In this document: positions 1-14,100 of the stretch, one piece after another
Layout of the letters: the number at the start of each line of letters is the position of its first letter
Position numbering within the stretch: the stretch's first letter is position 1
Source: Adineta vaga
Lineage: Eukaryota; Animalia; Rotifera
Direction: 5' to 3'
DNA length: 64,000 bases
NCBI GenBank assembly: GCA_021613535.1
Contig: CP075493.1
Coordinates: 17,546,001 to 17,610,000 of the forward strand
Translations under genes and position numbers: made by a program
The notes under the pieces: model-generated
Database searches by the model: none
Told to the model about the DNA's origin: nothing
What the model saw: the letters and a program-made list of their open reading frames with translations, nothing else

Positions 1-1360
1 TAAATAGATTTGGATATGATAGTTCTTTGTTGCTCAACTAAAGTTCTAGGTGAATGTTCATTTCGTTTTTTTGAAGAACATTTCCATTTCATACAGACAT
101 CAATTATAAAAGATGAAATAAGACGAAGAATAATAATGAGACCACCATAAAGACTAATGAAAAGAGTAATTCCATAAGATAAGTCTGATCGATTTGTTAT
201 TGAATATGTACATAATGATGGAGAACATTTATGAAAATATTTTTCATATTTGATATCAGGTAACCAATTTCGAATGAAAAGATTATTTAAATATTCATTT
301 ACAGAGAAATTTTCATGTTCTGAAGTTAAAATTGAATTATTTGGATTAAAATTTATCTAAATCAAAAAGAAGATTTTTAGAAATATATTAACCCTTTTTT
401 TATACAAACTTTTTTAAGATTTGGAAAATAATCGAATAATAATTGAAGACATTTTGTTTCATATAAACAATCTAATGTACTTCGAAGAATTGCTTCGAGT
501 GGAGTACATCCTGTTAAGAATCCATTGATAATGATAGGATTTGACTTACATTTCATGCGAGTCCTATCCATGGATGTAATTGATTCATGGTTCAAAGGAC
601 AAAATGTTGCATCAATTACAAATATGTCTTCACTACATACTTTCTTGTCGTTTACAGAATCGGGTCCTACGTCGTACGATTCTAACTTTAAATCTTCATC
701 ATCTTCTGAATCATCCCGTATATGAATTATAAGATTTGTATTCAAAGCTGAAATGAAACGATGTGCTTGATTTGTATTTCTTAAATAAGTCAAAAATGAT
801 ATTATTCGAGATGATATACTGTTCTTTAAAGATTCAATTTTTCCATTAATTTCCATTTGAATTTGTTTTTCAGAACGAAGATAAAAAGTAACAAGTTCAT
901 TCTTATCAATATCAATCAGCATTTGAGAAATGATTTCTTCTGAAAGTGAACAAAAACTGGATAAAAGTTCAAACTAAAAATAAAGAAACAAAAAGAAATG
1001 CATTTAAGAGCATCATTGGAATGTTTAACTGACTTGTGAAAATGCTGTTGTTCGAAAATCCCAAACTCCATATTGACTTGCATTTTCAAAATATAATGCT
1101 TTAATCCATTTTTGATCAATGAAATTACTCAAACAAACAGGATGTATTGTCAAATTAATCGAAGTAAAATTTTGATAAGGTATTGATATTGTTGAACATA
1201 GACATAAAAGATTTTCGCCATGTTTATCATTTAATTGATTGAAAGTATCAATTGTAATATTAGATATAATGATGGTTGTGGGTTTTGTTTTCATCAAAGT
1301 AATATAGAATAAAATATAGAGACATACTAAAACAAACAAATTCTCATATGATGATTTCAT
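1..1360 (-). pseudogene. Bdelloid-type multi-pass membrane protein with Cys-rich ectodomain; fragmented, runs off the window edge
   Basis: ORFs 1025-1360 (TM helix then LLCLCSTISIPY...HPVCLSNFIDQKWI) and 377-922 (GFLTGCTPLEAILRSTLDCLY) are on the same strand and linked by short introns. The reading continues toward position 1 through a further TM segment. The 5' part is disrupted. Confidence 0.55.
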
Positions 1361-3006
1361 TTCTTGATAAAATAAAAATAATCATATGGTGGTGGGCACA
1401 CTCTTTTCTTGCTTAAACACAATATCCCATTGCATGTAGATAGGTACGAAGTATTGAAACTTATAAGAATTCTGGGAGTACCAAAATCCATAGTTTTCTC
1501 GTTGGAGAGAATGGTAGATAATGATTTTAAAAAAGTCGAGTTTAAATTCCATCTAATCCAAGTTCATACTAAAACATGAATCCATACCTTCCGAATTATA
1601 AAGCACTATCCTTGTATGTTTCAAATGATTCGGACTTAATTTTAGAAAGAAATTTATGAAGATCAATACTATTAGACATGTTCATCATGTTCAGAACATT
1701 CATTCACTAGTATTACGTCATCGTCCACTCCACTGTCTCAAAATTCGCCATTTAAATTTGATTTATATGAAGAATTCTCATTGAAAAAATAAAATAAATT
1801 GTATATTATCTACCTGTAAGAAGAATAACATACAACCAAGTTTTATATTTTTCATGTTTAACAATAGTAGCTGGATCTTGAACATTATCATCATCATTAT
1901 ATTCATTTTCTTCTAACATAAAAAGATTGTAATTACATCCTTTTTTATAAAGCCATGTAAATAAAACTTTCAATTTTATCATTGAAACAATAAATAAATA
2001 ATAAATATTTTCAAAAAATTTTGTGTTGATTTTGAAACTTGAAACGTAGTTGAAGTGTTTTTGTTCTAAAAATAAAACAATGAAAAAGATTAATTAATCG
2101 AGAACAATATATTAAAATATTTAATGACTAAATTTAACTTATAGATAGATTAATATTAGATGAAATGATTTTAAATGGTTCTGGAATAATCCGTAGGTTT
2201 TTCAAATCCAACGCCTCTTTTCAATGTTTTTTCTTCTTTATCATGATTAACAAAGTTTTTCAAAGAGAGAGAAAATATGTCATTGTATTATATTATTAGA
2301 AACATTACGTTTTTCCTAATAAAATGTTTCATCTGTTCATCTATTTTAAATCATGTTTTTCTGTAATAATCATTTGATGTTAAAGAATACAATTTATTCT
2401 GAAATTTTCAAATAAAAGTATTGAGAAGATAAATTTATTAAAAAAATATAACATTAGCATCTTTCTACTCAAGACGATATAAAATAATGATGATGATGAT
2501 GGATCAGAATGAGATGTTTGAATAATTACTTTTTTTCTTTATTCGCCTACATCCTTCTCTGCGTAAGCAATGCAACAATAATATTTTTAGAATTTTTTCA
2601 ATGACGATAGAAAAACTTATTTAATGTTCAATTAATTACAATAATCTATTTTTAATAGTTCAAATTTACGTCAACAATTCAGAACATTCAATAATAACTA
2701 ATCAGGAAAAACGTTTTGTTTTTATATTTAATTATAAATTCTCATGTTTTTACGTCAGTAATTCCATATGTTTTAATAAAACAAAAGGAGAAAAAAGAAA
2801 CTTATCTATTAAATTATTAGATTTAATCAACAACAAATTCATTTCTCTTTTTTATATCATAAATAGAAAATACTTTCATTAGAAGATATTTTTCATTTTA
2901 TTTTTCCTCCTTGACATTCCAATTTTTATCAAAACTACGAAACGATTAATTCTATGGAATATAAAAAGACAATAATTATTTCGAATGTCAATTTATTTAT
3001 TGTATT

Positions 3007-4014
3007 TTATTCGTAGATTTCAGATGTTACTTGAGTAGCATGATCGAAGTCACTACCACCTATGACTAGTACATTTCCATCTTTCAATACAGTCGTTTTA
3101 TGACTTGTTCTTTCATAATGCATGTCGCTAGTATTTGTCCATACTCCCTTGGACACATCATAAAGTTCAGAACTGTTTGTAAAATCACTAAGTGGGCCAC
3201 CACCACCACCACCAGAGACTAATATTTTTCCATTTTTTAACAAAGAAGCTGTATGCTGAAAACGACCTTGTTTCATATTCCCAGTAATTGTCCAAGATTC
3301 TGTCGATGGATCAAATAATTCTGTACTATTTAAAAGATTATCATCATTATCCAATCCACCACTCACTAGAACTTTACCATTGGATAATAAGGTAGCTGTA
3401 TGCCAATATCGCTCATACTTCATACTACCAATAAGTTTCCATGTTTGTGTTGATGGATCATATACTTCAGCATATTTTATTGCTTTAAAGTTAACACCAC
3501 CAGTAACTAAAACATTTCCATTTCGTAATACAGTTGCTGTATGATATAAACGTCCATAATGCATATTCGGAATATTTGTCCAAGTTTCTGTTGATGGATC
3601 ATATAATTCAGCGCTTTCACTTGCATCATCACCATATCCACCAACAACTAGAACTTGTCCGTTTGTTAATACTGATGCTGTATGAAGTTGTCGTTCGATA
3701 TTCATACTAGTAGTAGGTATCCAAAATCCTGTTGATGTTTCATATAATTCAGCTTGATTTAAAACGTATTTGACATTATACCCAAATATTCTGGTCCCCC
3801 TGCATATCCACCAGTAACTAATACTCGACCATCTTTTAATAAACTTGCTGCTTGATAAATTCGTCCATAATTTAAAATACCAGTTTCAGACCATTCTAGA
3901 TAAAAGAAAACATAAATAATTAAAACTTTTCTTTAACTTACTTGATTGATTAGCTGTAGTAGAAGTTATTTTATAAAAAAAAAAGTTCTATAAATGAGAA
4001 TATGCTTACAACAT
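3007..4014 (-). pseudogene. Kelch-repeat beta-propeller (galactose-oxidase-like) protein with a 1-nt frameshift near 3780
   Basis: About six repeats of R-x-x-HTA-x-x-L-x-NG-x-VLV-x-GG...AE-x-YDP...W. The upstream repeat (WSETGILNYGRIYQAASLLKDGRVLVTGG, ~3800-3897) is out of frame with ORF 3007-3705. Putative start ATG-TT|GTAAGC at 4014, followed by small 5' exons. Confidence 0.75.
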
Positions 4015-4400
4015 GTTGATTTGTTGTGCATCTTATGTTTTACAAGAAGAGGATTGAAGTTGATAAAAAAAAGAACGAATACTTTATTTAATATTTGACT
4101 TATACATTTTTCACATTGTCATATAGGTCACAAAAGATAAGTAATACTTTTTGGAATAGATACTTTGTCATCATTCTTTTACATTTATATATATTTAATA
4201 GAAGTATATGAAAAATATAACATTCAAATTTTATTTAAATAGTCAGAGTTTAATTTATGAAGTTGATGGTACAATCACATTTTGTTCTCTACTGATTTTT
4301 TTCATCACGAACATTTTAATTTGATCCGTAAATTGAAATAAAGCAATCATAACAAATAATAATGCTGCGTCAAGAAATATAAAATTAATACGAAAATAAA

Positions 4401-4465
4401 GGGTGTGGGTGGGTGTGGGTAAGACTATGCTCTTAATCTACACCCACACCCACCCACCCTCAAGA
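4401..4465. repeat. Head-to-head telomeric palindrome TP1
   Basis: GGGTGTGGGTGGGTGTGGGT, spacer AAGACTATGCTCTTAATCT, then ACACCCACACCCACCCACCCTCAAGA. Confidence 0.9.
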
Positions 4466-4504
4466 AGTTGGTATGAAAGTTTAGAGTTTTCTTATAATGT
4501 GAAA

Positions 4505-4633
4505 CAGGGCAGGGCAGGTTAAAGGTTACGGAAATTTTTGCAGGGCAGGACAGGACAGGACAGGTTGTAGGTTGCCGAAATCTGAGAAGGGCAGGTTAAA
4601 GGTTGCCAAAATGTCTTGCCCTGCAGTACTCTA
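4505..4633. mobile_element. Truncated hAT-like MITE (one terminus plus subterminal repeats)
   Basis: Repeated CAGGGCAGG, CAGGA and GGTTAAAGGTT motifs end in GCCCTGCAGTACTCTA. Its reverse complement TAGAGTACTGCAGGGC resembles a hAT TAG terminus. The other end was not found. Confidence 0.4.
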
Positions 4634-4729
4634 TTTAGGACAGTTGCTCGCTAGGACATTTGCTCGTTATTATATTTCATCCCAAATGCTATAATCATCT
4701 AATTTCAAATGATAAAATTCAGAACAAAA

Positions 4730-4771
4730 GTGTGGGTGAGGGTATTGATTATTTATCTACACCCACACCCT
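4730..4771. repeat. Telomeric palindrome TP2
   Basis: GTGTGGGTGAGGGT, spacer ATTGATTATTTATCT, then ACACCCACACCCT. Confidence 0.8.
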
Positions 4772-4995
4772 TCGTTTCAACAACTTATTAATTTTTTATC
4801 TTATACATCAAAACTTCATTATTCAAAAATTATTCAATTTAAATGATTATATACTTAAAAGTATTTTAAAATACTTTCCACAAATCTCCGATATTCGACT
4901 CGTTTTGTATATAATCAACAACTATTATTTGATTTCAATCAACTAAATGAATTTTTTTCTCCATTTTGACTTCAATGAAAATAGATTTTAGAAAT

Positions 4996-5051
4996 TCTTG
5001 AGGGATGAGGGTGAATTATGAAAGAAAACAGCGTCACCCTCGCACTCTCAA
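4996..5051. repeat. Degenerate telomeric palindrome TP3
   Basis: TCTTGAGGGATGAGGGTG...CACCCTCGCACTCTCAA. Confidence 0.7.
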
Positions 5052-5223
5052 CAAATATTTCAACGACAAAAAAAGTCTCTTGAAAAATGAAAAAATATTT
5101 TTCTATTTGTTTTTCTTTTTTCATTCTTTGATATACTCTTGATATTTATGTATATAAATTCATTTCATTCCTATATAAACACATATTGGCACATTTTTTC
5201 TTTTCTAATAAATTATTGAACAC

Positions 5224-6290
5224 ATGACGACGGCAAGTAGCAAAGCACAATGTTTTATTTGTCACAAAGATAAAATTGTTTATCATTGTGAAGGATGTGA
5301 AAAAGATTTTTGTCTCAATCATATAACAGCATATCGTGAAAAATTTCATGCAGAATTAAATGAAATGAAAATTGATCGTGATATATTTCAGCAAGTAATT
5401 TGTCAAGAACGACAAAAACCAGAAAATGAGGTTTTAATAAAACAAATTAATTAATGGGAAGAAAATTCCATTCTTAAAATAAAACAAACAGCAAAACAAT
5501 GTCAAGAAATGTTAACAAAACATATCTTAAGAATCATTTATTAATAATTGAAAGAAATTTTAATAAATTAATTGAACAAAGAAAATAAGAAAATGAATTC
5601 AATGAAATTGATTTAAATCAATTAACACATTTGACTAAGCAACTTATTCAACCATTGAAGATTTTCGTTCAACATAATCTATTACTATCAGCATTTCTCA
5701 ATGAAATTTCAGTCATTTCATTTGGTAAGTGTAAAAGATTCATTACTTTCGTTAATACAAAAATAGATCAGATTCTTTTACACAATATACAGACATATGT
5801 ATTTAATAAATGAGATTAGATAAACGGATAAGTAATGTAATGACAAAACAATTATTTAATTATTGCTGATCAAGAAAATAGACGTGTGTTGCGTTGAACA
5901 ATTGAATAGAAAAAATATCAAGAAATTCTTTGTTCTAATATTGATTGTTTTAATTTAGTAATGAATAAAAATGGTTTTATTTATTTTTGTGATTACGTAA
6001 AACATGAAGTAACACGATGGAAAGAAGGAGAAAAAGAAAGAATTTTAGTAGCAGGTGGAAATGGAAAAGGAAATCAACTCAATAATCCTTCTTCTATTTT
6101 TGTCGATGAATATGATTCGATTTATATTTCAGATCGTGATAATCATCGTGTAATACGTTGGTGTGAAGGAACTATTGCTGTTGGTTGTAATCGATCTGGA
6201 AAACAATCAAATCAATTGGATCAACCTTATGGTTTATCATTTGATTCTGATAATCACCGAATTCAAAAATTCCAAATATCTTTTGATTAA
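5224..6290 (+). pseudogene. B-box/coiled-coil plus NHL-repeat (TRIM-NHL-like) pseudogene
   Basis: B-box C-x2-C...CEGCEKDFCLNH, then an in-frame TAA at 5452 (QIN*WEENSI) and further frameshifts. NHL repeats (VAGGNGKG...LNNPSSIFVD...YISDRDNHRV) are in ORF 5961-6290. Confidence 0.85.
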
Positions 6291-6485
6291 AAAAGAAAAC
6301 GTTAATAAATTGATTTGATGAAGAAAACTAATAAGAAAAGAAGTATTGAGATCTATATGAAAGTTACATGAGGCCGATGGAGTGACAGCTGGATGGGCAA
6401 AGATGAGGCTGCTTTCTTTCATAATCTACTCCACCCGCACCCTACATGTGATGTTTACCACCACAAGTATAATCCACTAGAGACA

Positions 6486-6553
6486 AGGGTGGGTGTGGGT
6501 GTGATTGAACCGATAATATCTTAATCTACACCCACCCACACCCACACCCTCAA
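6486..6553. repeat. Telomeric palindrome TP4
   Basis: AGGGTGGGTGTGGGTGTG, spacer ATTGAACCGATAATATCTTAATCT, then ACACCCACCCACACCCACACCCTCAA. Confidence 0.9.
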
Positions 6554-6649
6554 ATCATATTCATTAAGTAACATTATTTCCATAGGTTGATCTTTATTTT
6601 AGTACATCAAGAAAAAGTAAGCGAACTCACAATTATTTTTAACCATAAT

Positions 6650-6911
6650 CTTTATGTGCAATTCCATCAATAACTTTATTCCATTCAGGTCGATCTTTAC
6701 AAAATAAAGTTATACCAAGTTTTGGTAAAATATATTAAAACTTCCTAATCTCACAGAAATTAAACCAACAAAATTTGGATTTCTTAAATGGATTGGTGAA
6801 CTACAATTAGCACAAAATGCACGTTTTATAGTGTCGTAACACTTTTTGTATCTTAATCGTCCTAAATCGTTCGCTGATCTTGTATTTCAACATCTTTTTT
6901 CAGGTAAATAA
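6650..6911 (+). pseudogene. Degenerate 3' exon, possibly the C-terminus of an alpha/beta-hydrolase
   Basis: Manual translation gives ...KLPNLTEIKPTKFGFLKWIGELQLAQNARFIVS*HFLYLNRPKSFADLVFQHLFSGK*, with stops and frameshifts. No 5' part lies between TP4 and TP5. Confidence 0.3.
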
Positions 6912-7105
6912 AAATGTTACGAAATTCAATAGTATCGATACATTTGAACTAGATTATTGTCAACATTTTCTTTTTTCAGAATAAAATAAATAAAGAAAAC
7001 AAAGTATATGCTCAAACTATCCGTTCCACTAATGATCACAGAGCAACAGCAAGAGAGAATGGATGAGATCCATATGACATCGACAATAGAGTAATATTAT
7101 CATCA

Positions 7106-7177
7106 TGAGGGTGTGTGGTTCGATTGTACGACTGTTCCTCACCGTAACAACCTCACTCACAGCCACAGCCACATCCT
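7106..7177. repeat. Degenerate telomeric palindrome TP5
   Basis: TGAGGGTGTGTGG...CCTCACTCACAGCCACAGCCACATCCT. Confidence 0.6.
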
Positions 7178-7403
7178 GCACACCTGAATATTCTATGGAG
7201 AGTCTCTCGATAGGTATGTTATTTTCAAGAAAAAAATGTCTATGCAACTAAGATCACTGCATTATAGTGATCAATTTGACGATGAGGTTCAATTCCTTTT
7301 CTTTCATGAAGTGAAAACACTACACTACTGCTAATATGCGTTTATTTGAGAGCACTGAAAAAGAATTCATAAAAACTAAATTATTAAAATTTTCTTATTG
7401 TGT

Positions 7404-9089
7404 TTAACTAGCATTGAGACTTTTCGGGGCTTCAACCCAATCGTAATGACCCACCCGTTTCAAGATGTCATTTTCACTGGAACGAGTGCCAGTAAAATCA
7501 TGAGGAAAGCCAATATCGAAATCGTATGCTTCGTCGATTTCTTCTTGAGTTAAACGCAGTTTTAAGGCATCGATACTATCTTGTAAATATTCTAGTTTTC
7601 GAACACCAACAATCGGAAAGATATATGGCTGCTTTGCCAAAACATAAGCCAAAGCAATTTGTGTCAGTGCCACCTTTCGTGATTTACCGATTTTATCCAG
7701 CACAGCTGTAATCGCTTTAATAGCTTCGGGTGAGTCTAAAATAATTTCACAGAGACAATATCTCTTACGTGACACACGTCAAACACTTTATCACAAGTTA
7801 AATTAAGAGATAGATTACACAAATATTCAAAGAAGCTTGTCTTTGTATTTCAAGCAAATATATTACTTCTTGCTTTCTATTTTGCTTGTAATATACTGAT
7901 GCTTTTTCTATGGCTCGGTTTTTGCGATGCAGACTGATTCGATCATCTAAAGAGCTATTAAAAGTCACAATGAAAGGATCTACTCTATATGACAATGTCA
8001 AAACAACTCTCCATAAACATAAGCCAAGTGCTGTTGCAAGGACTACTATCTGGGCAATCTTATATCTTATTGGAGATTATCTTTTGAACAACATTGCTAC
8101 TCTCAAAAGATATCACTTGTACACTCAGGAAATTCAGGAGGAAACATTATTTACATTTTGCGAGGCCTTGAAATGTTCTTCCCTGGTCACCTGCCTTCTT
8201 CATCGCTTCTAGTTGCTCTTGTGTTTTGAATTTTCCCTGACCATGGGCACCCCACGGTGCAAAGGCCATTCCTTCGTCTTGAACCATGGGTAGAATGTCC
8301 CTTTCTGCGTCGCGTTTGGCAGCGTTGTACAGCCCTTGGTAGACCGAGAACTGACGAAGTCCGTGATCTCTTGCATATTGATTTGCTTTTGAAACAACCC
8401 AGGCAGGTGTATCACTCACTCCCAAGTAGAGAATCTTGCCCGCTTTCACCAGATGATCGAGTGACTGCATCAATTCAGGAATTGAACAAGTATAATCCCA
8501 CCTAGAATAGAAAACACCAAATCTCAATTGAATTCGTGGAAGTTTCTATAAAATGTCAACGAACTATCTAAACTTCTGCTCCAGATAAATCTCTACTCAG
8601 CATCTATCGTATACTCATTCATCAAGCGGAAGTGAAACAAAATCATTACCAATACACATAGAGGAGATCGATATAATCGGTTTGAAGTTTCTTCAAAGAA
8701 GCGGCTAAACTTTCGTGTAAAGACTTAGCCGAGTTTCCAGAAAAATTCACATGAATCGGTTCTTTTTCCCAATCGAATCTATAGCCAGTTGCGAATTTAG
8801 TTGCAATTACTATTTGACTGCGGTTCTGTCGCTTAGCCATCCACTCTCCTATCCAGGTTTCACTTTGTTCGTTCTGATAGCTGTTTGCTACATCAATGAA
8901 GTTACCACCTGCATCGAAAAATGCATCGAGAACTTTAAAGCAATTGTCTTTGGATTGCGTGCCCATCGTTTCCCATGCATCACCAATAGACATTCCACCC
9001 AAACATAGTGGAGACACTCGAACAGCTGCGGTGGGCGATAGAATCCGGTATCGGCCTAGATCAGATGGAGGCAGTGGTGCTGGTTGCAT
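7404..9089 (-). CDS. Aldo-keto reductase, aryl-alcohol dehydrogenase / norsolorinic acid reductase-like (fungal type); 3 exons
   Basis: Motifs [65 protein letters not shown] and PIVGVRK. Exons 9089-8650, 8501-8155 and 7735-7404 splice in frame through GT-AG introns. The catalytic His position reads Tyr (YVYWWD). Confidence 0.9.
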
Positions 9090-9606
9090 GTTATGGTTGA
9101 TACTGTTTGATAAAATTTACACAACGAGAATCTAAAAATAAGACTTTTCAATAAGATGAACATTTGAAAAAAGGCTTTCGAAACGAGAAAATCTATCTGG
9201 TGATGATTAACCTGAATCTCCATGTATTTTAAACAAAACTTGAGGTCAGTACGAGTATGAAGGATTCATGCGTACTACCAGTTACGATTAAATCAGAACT
9301 TTTGTCTAGAAATCAATAAAAAAAACGAAAAATCTAGTGCGTATTACGTTTGGAGAGACAACAACAAAATTTGCGATAGTGGGATCGAAAACGTATCTTT
9401 ATATACGAATCGGTGGCCCTTCGTAAATGTATGAAAAAGAGAAAAGACGCATCGTCATAAACACTACTAACACACTCGAGCAAAAGTACAGAATGAAAAA
9501 AGAGAAAAAATATCCTTACATATCATTAAAAATACATCATACTCTGACGGTATCCATTATTGAACTAAATGAGATAGTCCAGTACACAACGCTTTCATTG
9601 ATGATC

Positions 9607-9663
9607 GAGGGTGTGGTATGGGTGAGAGTGTGAGTACTACATCTGTTTATCACCCACACCCTC
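9607..9663. repeat. Telomeric palindrome TP6
   Basis: GAGGGTGTGGTATGGGTGAGAGTGTGAGT...CACCCACACCCTC. Confidence 0.8.
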
Positions 9664-10129
9664 TGATAGATGCCTTGGATAGGAAAACATATTTGTTGAA
9701 TATTGATAACATGATAGATAGGAGCATGAACATAAGCAAGTAAGGCTAGGAATGATGTGAATGGGATAACATGATAAGTCATCGATAGACTACTCCATGC
9801 TCGTAATTTTGCATTTTTAGAACTACATAAAAACCTAATATAAAAGAGAAAGTTGTTTCATGATAAATAATTTCTGCGACTTTAATGTAGTTTTGATTTA
9901 TAGAAGATTATCATCGTAATCGATATTAATAAAGCTCTTTGTTTAAAACTTACCAATCAATCAAAGCTAAGACAATAAACCATGATGGTTGAAATCTAGC
10001 CCAAAATAAAACATATGTATACATATTACATGCAATTTGTGATTGTGTTATGATATTCATAAAATAGCCCAACGTGAAGTAATCGTACAGGTATATTAAT
10101 AAAAACAACTAGACAACCAATCATTATAC

Positions 10130-10178
10130 TGAGGGTGTGGGTTAAGACTGTAGGCTAAAGTATACCCACAGTCTCAAG
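10130..10178. repeat. Telomeric palindrome TP7
   Basis: TGAGGGTGTGGGT, spacer TAAGACTGTAGGCTAAAGTAT, then ACCCACAGTCTCAAG. Confidence 0.8.
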
Positions 10179-11138
10179 TTAAATATATAGTTAATCCGTG
10201 TTTTTTGGTACTTTACATCCATGCTTTTATATGCAGACTAATCATAAAGCATAATCAAGAACATTTGATGCGGGAGTGGAGTCAAAACGGAGGCGGAGCT
10301 GCCCATTTCTGACCACATTGCGACTTTTCTATATTATGTAACTCATCCAATCACTTCATTCTATCACCTATTTGCACATACTTTTTGTTCTCTATTCTTA
10401 AATATCACATTTAATCTTGTATTAATTATTTGAATATTCTATTAAAATCGCGTTATTGTACAACGATTTTTTGTCTTTCAATTTTTATTACGATTATGGT
10501 TATGCTTCAATTATTCGTTAATTTAGCAGAATGGTCTATTCATATGCATACTAATTTATTTTACTATTTTTGTTTTCACTCCGTGCGGTAATGAAAACGT
10601 CATGGAATCATATAGTAATATCGAAGTCAGTGTTTTTTAAAAAAATTGAAATTTGTAAAAAAAAGGGTGAAGATGTAGATGAGCATATTTAACTCATTTT
10701 GATATACACACTTTCATTCTAAAACTATTATTGTCGTTTTTCTTATATAAGATTGTCTGATCAATTAATTATTGGAAGTGCCGAAACGTTAAGCATAAAT
10801 ATATCTATCTTGATAAATGTGGATAAACCCGTTTTACTATGACAGAACTACATGACAACGCTGATCCAAATTACGAGTAACGTTTGACTTTCTTTGTTTT
10901 AAATTTAGTCATAAATGCAACGAAGTATGAAGAAAATATTCCATCAGCTTACATCTATTCGATCAAAGCAAATAACACTTTTCTGTTATATATTGAAAAG
11001 CATGATGTTCAGAACGAATATCCGTACAGGATATAATATATATTTATAATTAAGAGAAGTGAAAAAGAATTCAATTTTGTTAGAAATTAGTGGATTTGTT
11101 AATAGTCGAGTTTTAGGCAAAGCGTGCGATATGCTGTA

Positions 11139-14100
11139 TCACCAAGCCATCTTAGCCAAACACGATTTTGGATAGCGTCGCATGAGAAATTTACGTACTT
11201 CATCAAATATAAATAGACTCAAACCAAAGCCTAGTGCTGGACAGATATATTTTACCGGTACTGGTTTAGTTTTGAATACAGAATTAAACCATGGTACGAG
11301 TGTGATAAGTAGACCGACAGAAGTAGAAAAGACAACTCCTATGCAGAGAGTTAGATTACGAGCTTTTCCAAACAACGGATTGTGTTTGAAAAATGATACA
11401 TAACGTGTTCGTGTCCAAATGAGATTAAACATTTGCATGATACATAAGTCTACGTAATAAATTGATTGACCAGTTTGTAGAATACTTGTGAGTTCATCAC
11501 GTGTTTTGTTAATCGGAGGATCTGTACCAAAATTAGCGTAAGTAAAAAAGATGCTACTAACAGGAATATCTGAAAGGAAAAATAAATATTTAATCAATAT
11601 TGTTTTTCTTTCTAATGTGTAATATTTACCTTGCGATGCGTAATACCAGAAAAAGCAGAAGAAAGCAGTAAAACATTCAATATTTCCCATAATCAAGTAA
11701 GCATGAACGAGTAGTTTCCAATCGACCAAATGATTTTTGTGACGAATGGCTGGTGGACGAGACATGATATCTTGTTCAGCTGTTTCCGAAACCATTGCCA
11801 AAGAATTCACAATATCGTTGAACATACAGAAAACGACACCAAGAAAAAGAGATAATGAAAGTGGAATTCCCATCCATGTACTAACAAGTACAGGAATCAC
11901 TTCGGACCATGTACCTATCAGATTAGAAAAAAACAATTTCTTGGACGTTTAGAACTTATAAAAAACTTACCTCCCGGTAGCAAATAGATGGCGACTTTCT
12001 TCAGATTATCGCTTAATAATCGGCCCATTTCAATCGCAGTAATAATCGATGAAAAATTATTGTCAAGTAAGATCATATCACCAGCTTCCTTTGCAACTTC
12101 TGTTCCAGCTGCCATTGCAACTTCTAAGTCGGCTTGTTTAAGTGCAGGTGCATCGTTTGTTCCGTCTCCTGTAACCGCAACGACTTCACCACGTTTAGAA
12201 AATTCCATCACAATGCGTAACTTTTGTTCTGGTGATGTTCGAGCAAAAACAATCTCTTTATGGGATAAGACCCAATCCCACATGTGATCCTAGAAAAACA
12301 AACAAAATCTTTGTCTCAAAAAGTAAAATTATGAACTATATCATTCAGAATACTTACATCCATCGAGTGTATATCACTACCAGTGACAACCACACCATAG
12401 GGAATAATATCGAGTTTTTTCACATCTTTAACTTGGTTCGGATCTCGTAGGTAGAACAGAAAACCATTCCAAAGTCGTTTGAAAATGTTTGATTTTTTCT
12501 TCGAAATAGAGATTGACTTGATACCCTTCACATCAATCGACGTTGTTAATTCACCAACGATATGACTTTCTAGTAATGTATGTGTATTACGAACAAAGTG
12601 AGCCAACGTTTCTTGTGTTTCATTATCATCCTCTATTCTAAAGCTGTCGATACCATTATCAATACTGATTTCTTTACTAAGAATATTGACTTTTTTTCCA
12701 ATCGTCGCTGCAGTTGTCGGATGATCACCAGTGACCATACAAACACGAATATGAGCACCACGAGCTTTAAGTACGGCTTCGGGTACTTCAGGGCGAGCAG
12801 GATCGAGTAGAGCAAACATACCTAAACAAAGTATTGATCGGATAAGTTTCATTAGTAAAATTTTATTCGATTTTCATTTACCAATGAAACAATAATTCTT
12901 CGTTGGCAATCCATTCAGATCGAGTTCATCAGGCGACAATTGTTCGGTAGATTGTGGATAATTTTTATTTGTCTTATATGCTTCTATCATCATGTCATAT
13001 TGTTGCTTACTCATTTTTTGTTGAATCATGGCTATTACTCTATATCCCGATTCTCCCAGTGTTTCTTGTCGCTCTTGAACAGTAGCTCGAAATTCATCTG
13101 TCATTGGCAAGATTTCACCATTAGAGTCATCTTTATAAGTTGAACAACGAGATAGAATGAAATCCGGTGCACCTTTCAGTGTAATCAATACCATTTCATT
13201 GTCATTGGATGTCTGTGCTAGAAGATTGGCCGTAATCATGAATTTATTTTTCGAATTGAATGGAACACTATTAATACGTGGGTTCATCTTTTTTACTTGC
13301 TCAATATTGACAGAACATTTTTCCTTACACATATTGTACAGCGCCACATCAGCTGCATCCCCAATAACTTGAATCAATTTTGATGATGTCTCATCATCGT
13401 CGGTATTGGGTTCTGGATTGTGAGTTGCGTCACCATTATTGCTCGTGATACACGATTGTTTGGCTGCATTATTGCAAAGACACGCACCAAGAATTAGATC
13501 TTTCAAAGCATTTGCAACATCAGTTGAAGTTAATGATGCTCGTTTTCGATCGATCATACCCTGTTCTTGTTTCGATGTGATTGCCTGTTCATACTCGCTG
13601 TGAATAGGAACCATAAATTCTCCTAGAGTTCCCCAAAGCAGAGCAGTAATACTCATTTGATTCATTGTCAATGTTCCAGTTTTATCTGTAGCAATAACCT
13701 ATTAATATATAAGAATTATTCTCAATAAAATATGAAGAAATAATGTCTTACAGAAACATAATTAAACGCTTCTATGGTAACTAGACTTTTTACCATCACT
13801 TTTTGCTTATACATTCTCTTGGCAACAATAGTTAAAACGAGAGTAACAGCTGCTGGTAGACCTTCAGGAATAAAGCATACCACCATGCCAATAGAATTGA
13901 TCACATTTCCTAGGAATGAAAGACAAAATATTCCTAATGTAGATTAGTCAATTCTGTCTTACCATTAACAGAAATATATCCAGTCTGTGAAATGTTGAGC
14001 CAAGCAGCCCAAGTAATCCATAGAAGAACTACACATGTGAATGCAGCCAAAATGATGAATACAACAAAGCGATTAATTTCTCGATGAAGTCCAGTCACCT

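Noticed and set aside
10665-10720. Very degenerate palindrome candidates at ~10665, ~6380-6445 and ~60163
   Set aside because: Too eroded to list as features, although GGGTG(TG)AAGAT at 10665 and 60163 matches the arm-spacer junction of TP15 and TP17.
11182-13372. Plus-strand ORFs overlapping the ATPase, and similar antisense ORFs over other genes
   Set aside because: They are shadow ORFs antisense to well-supported coding exons.
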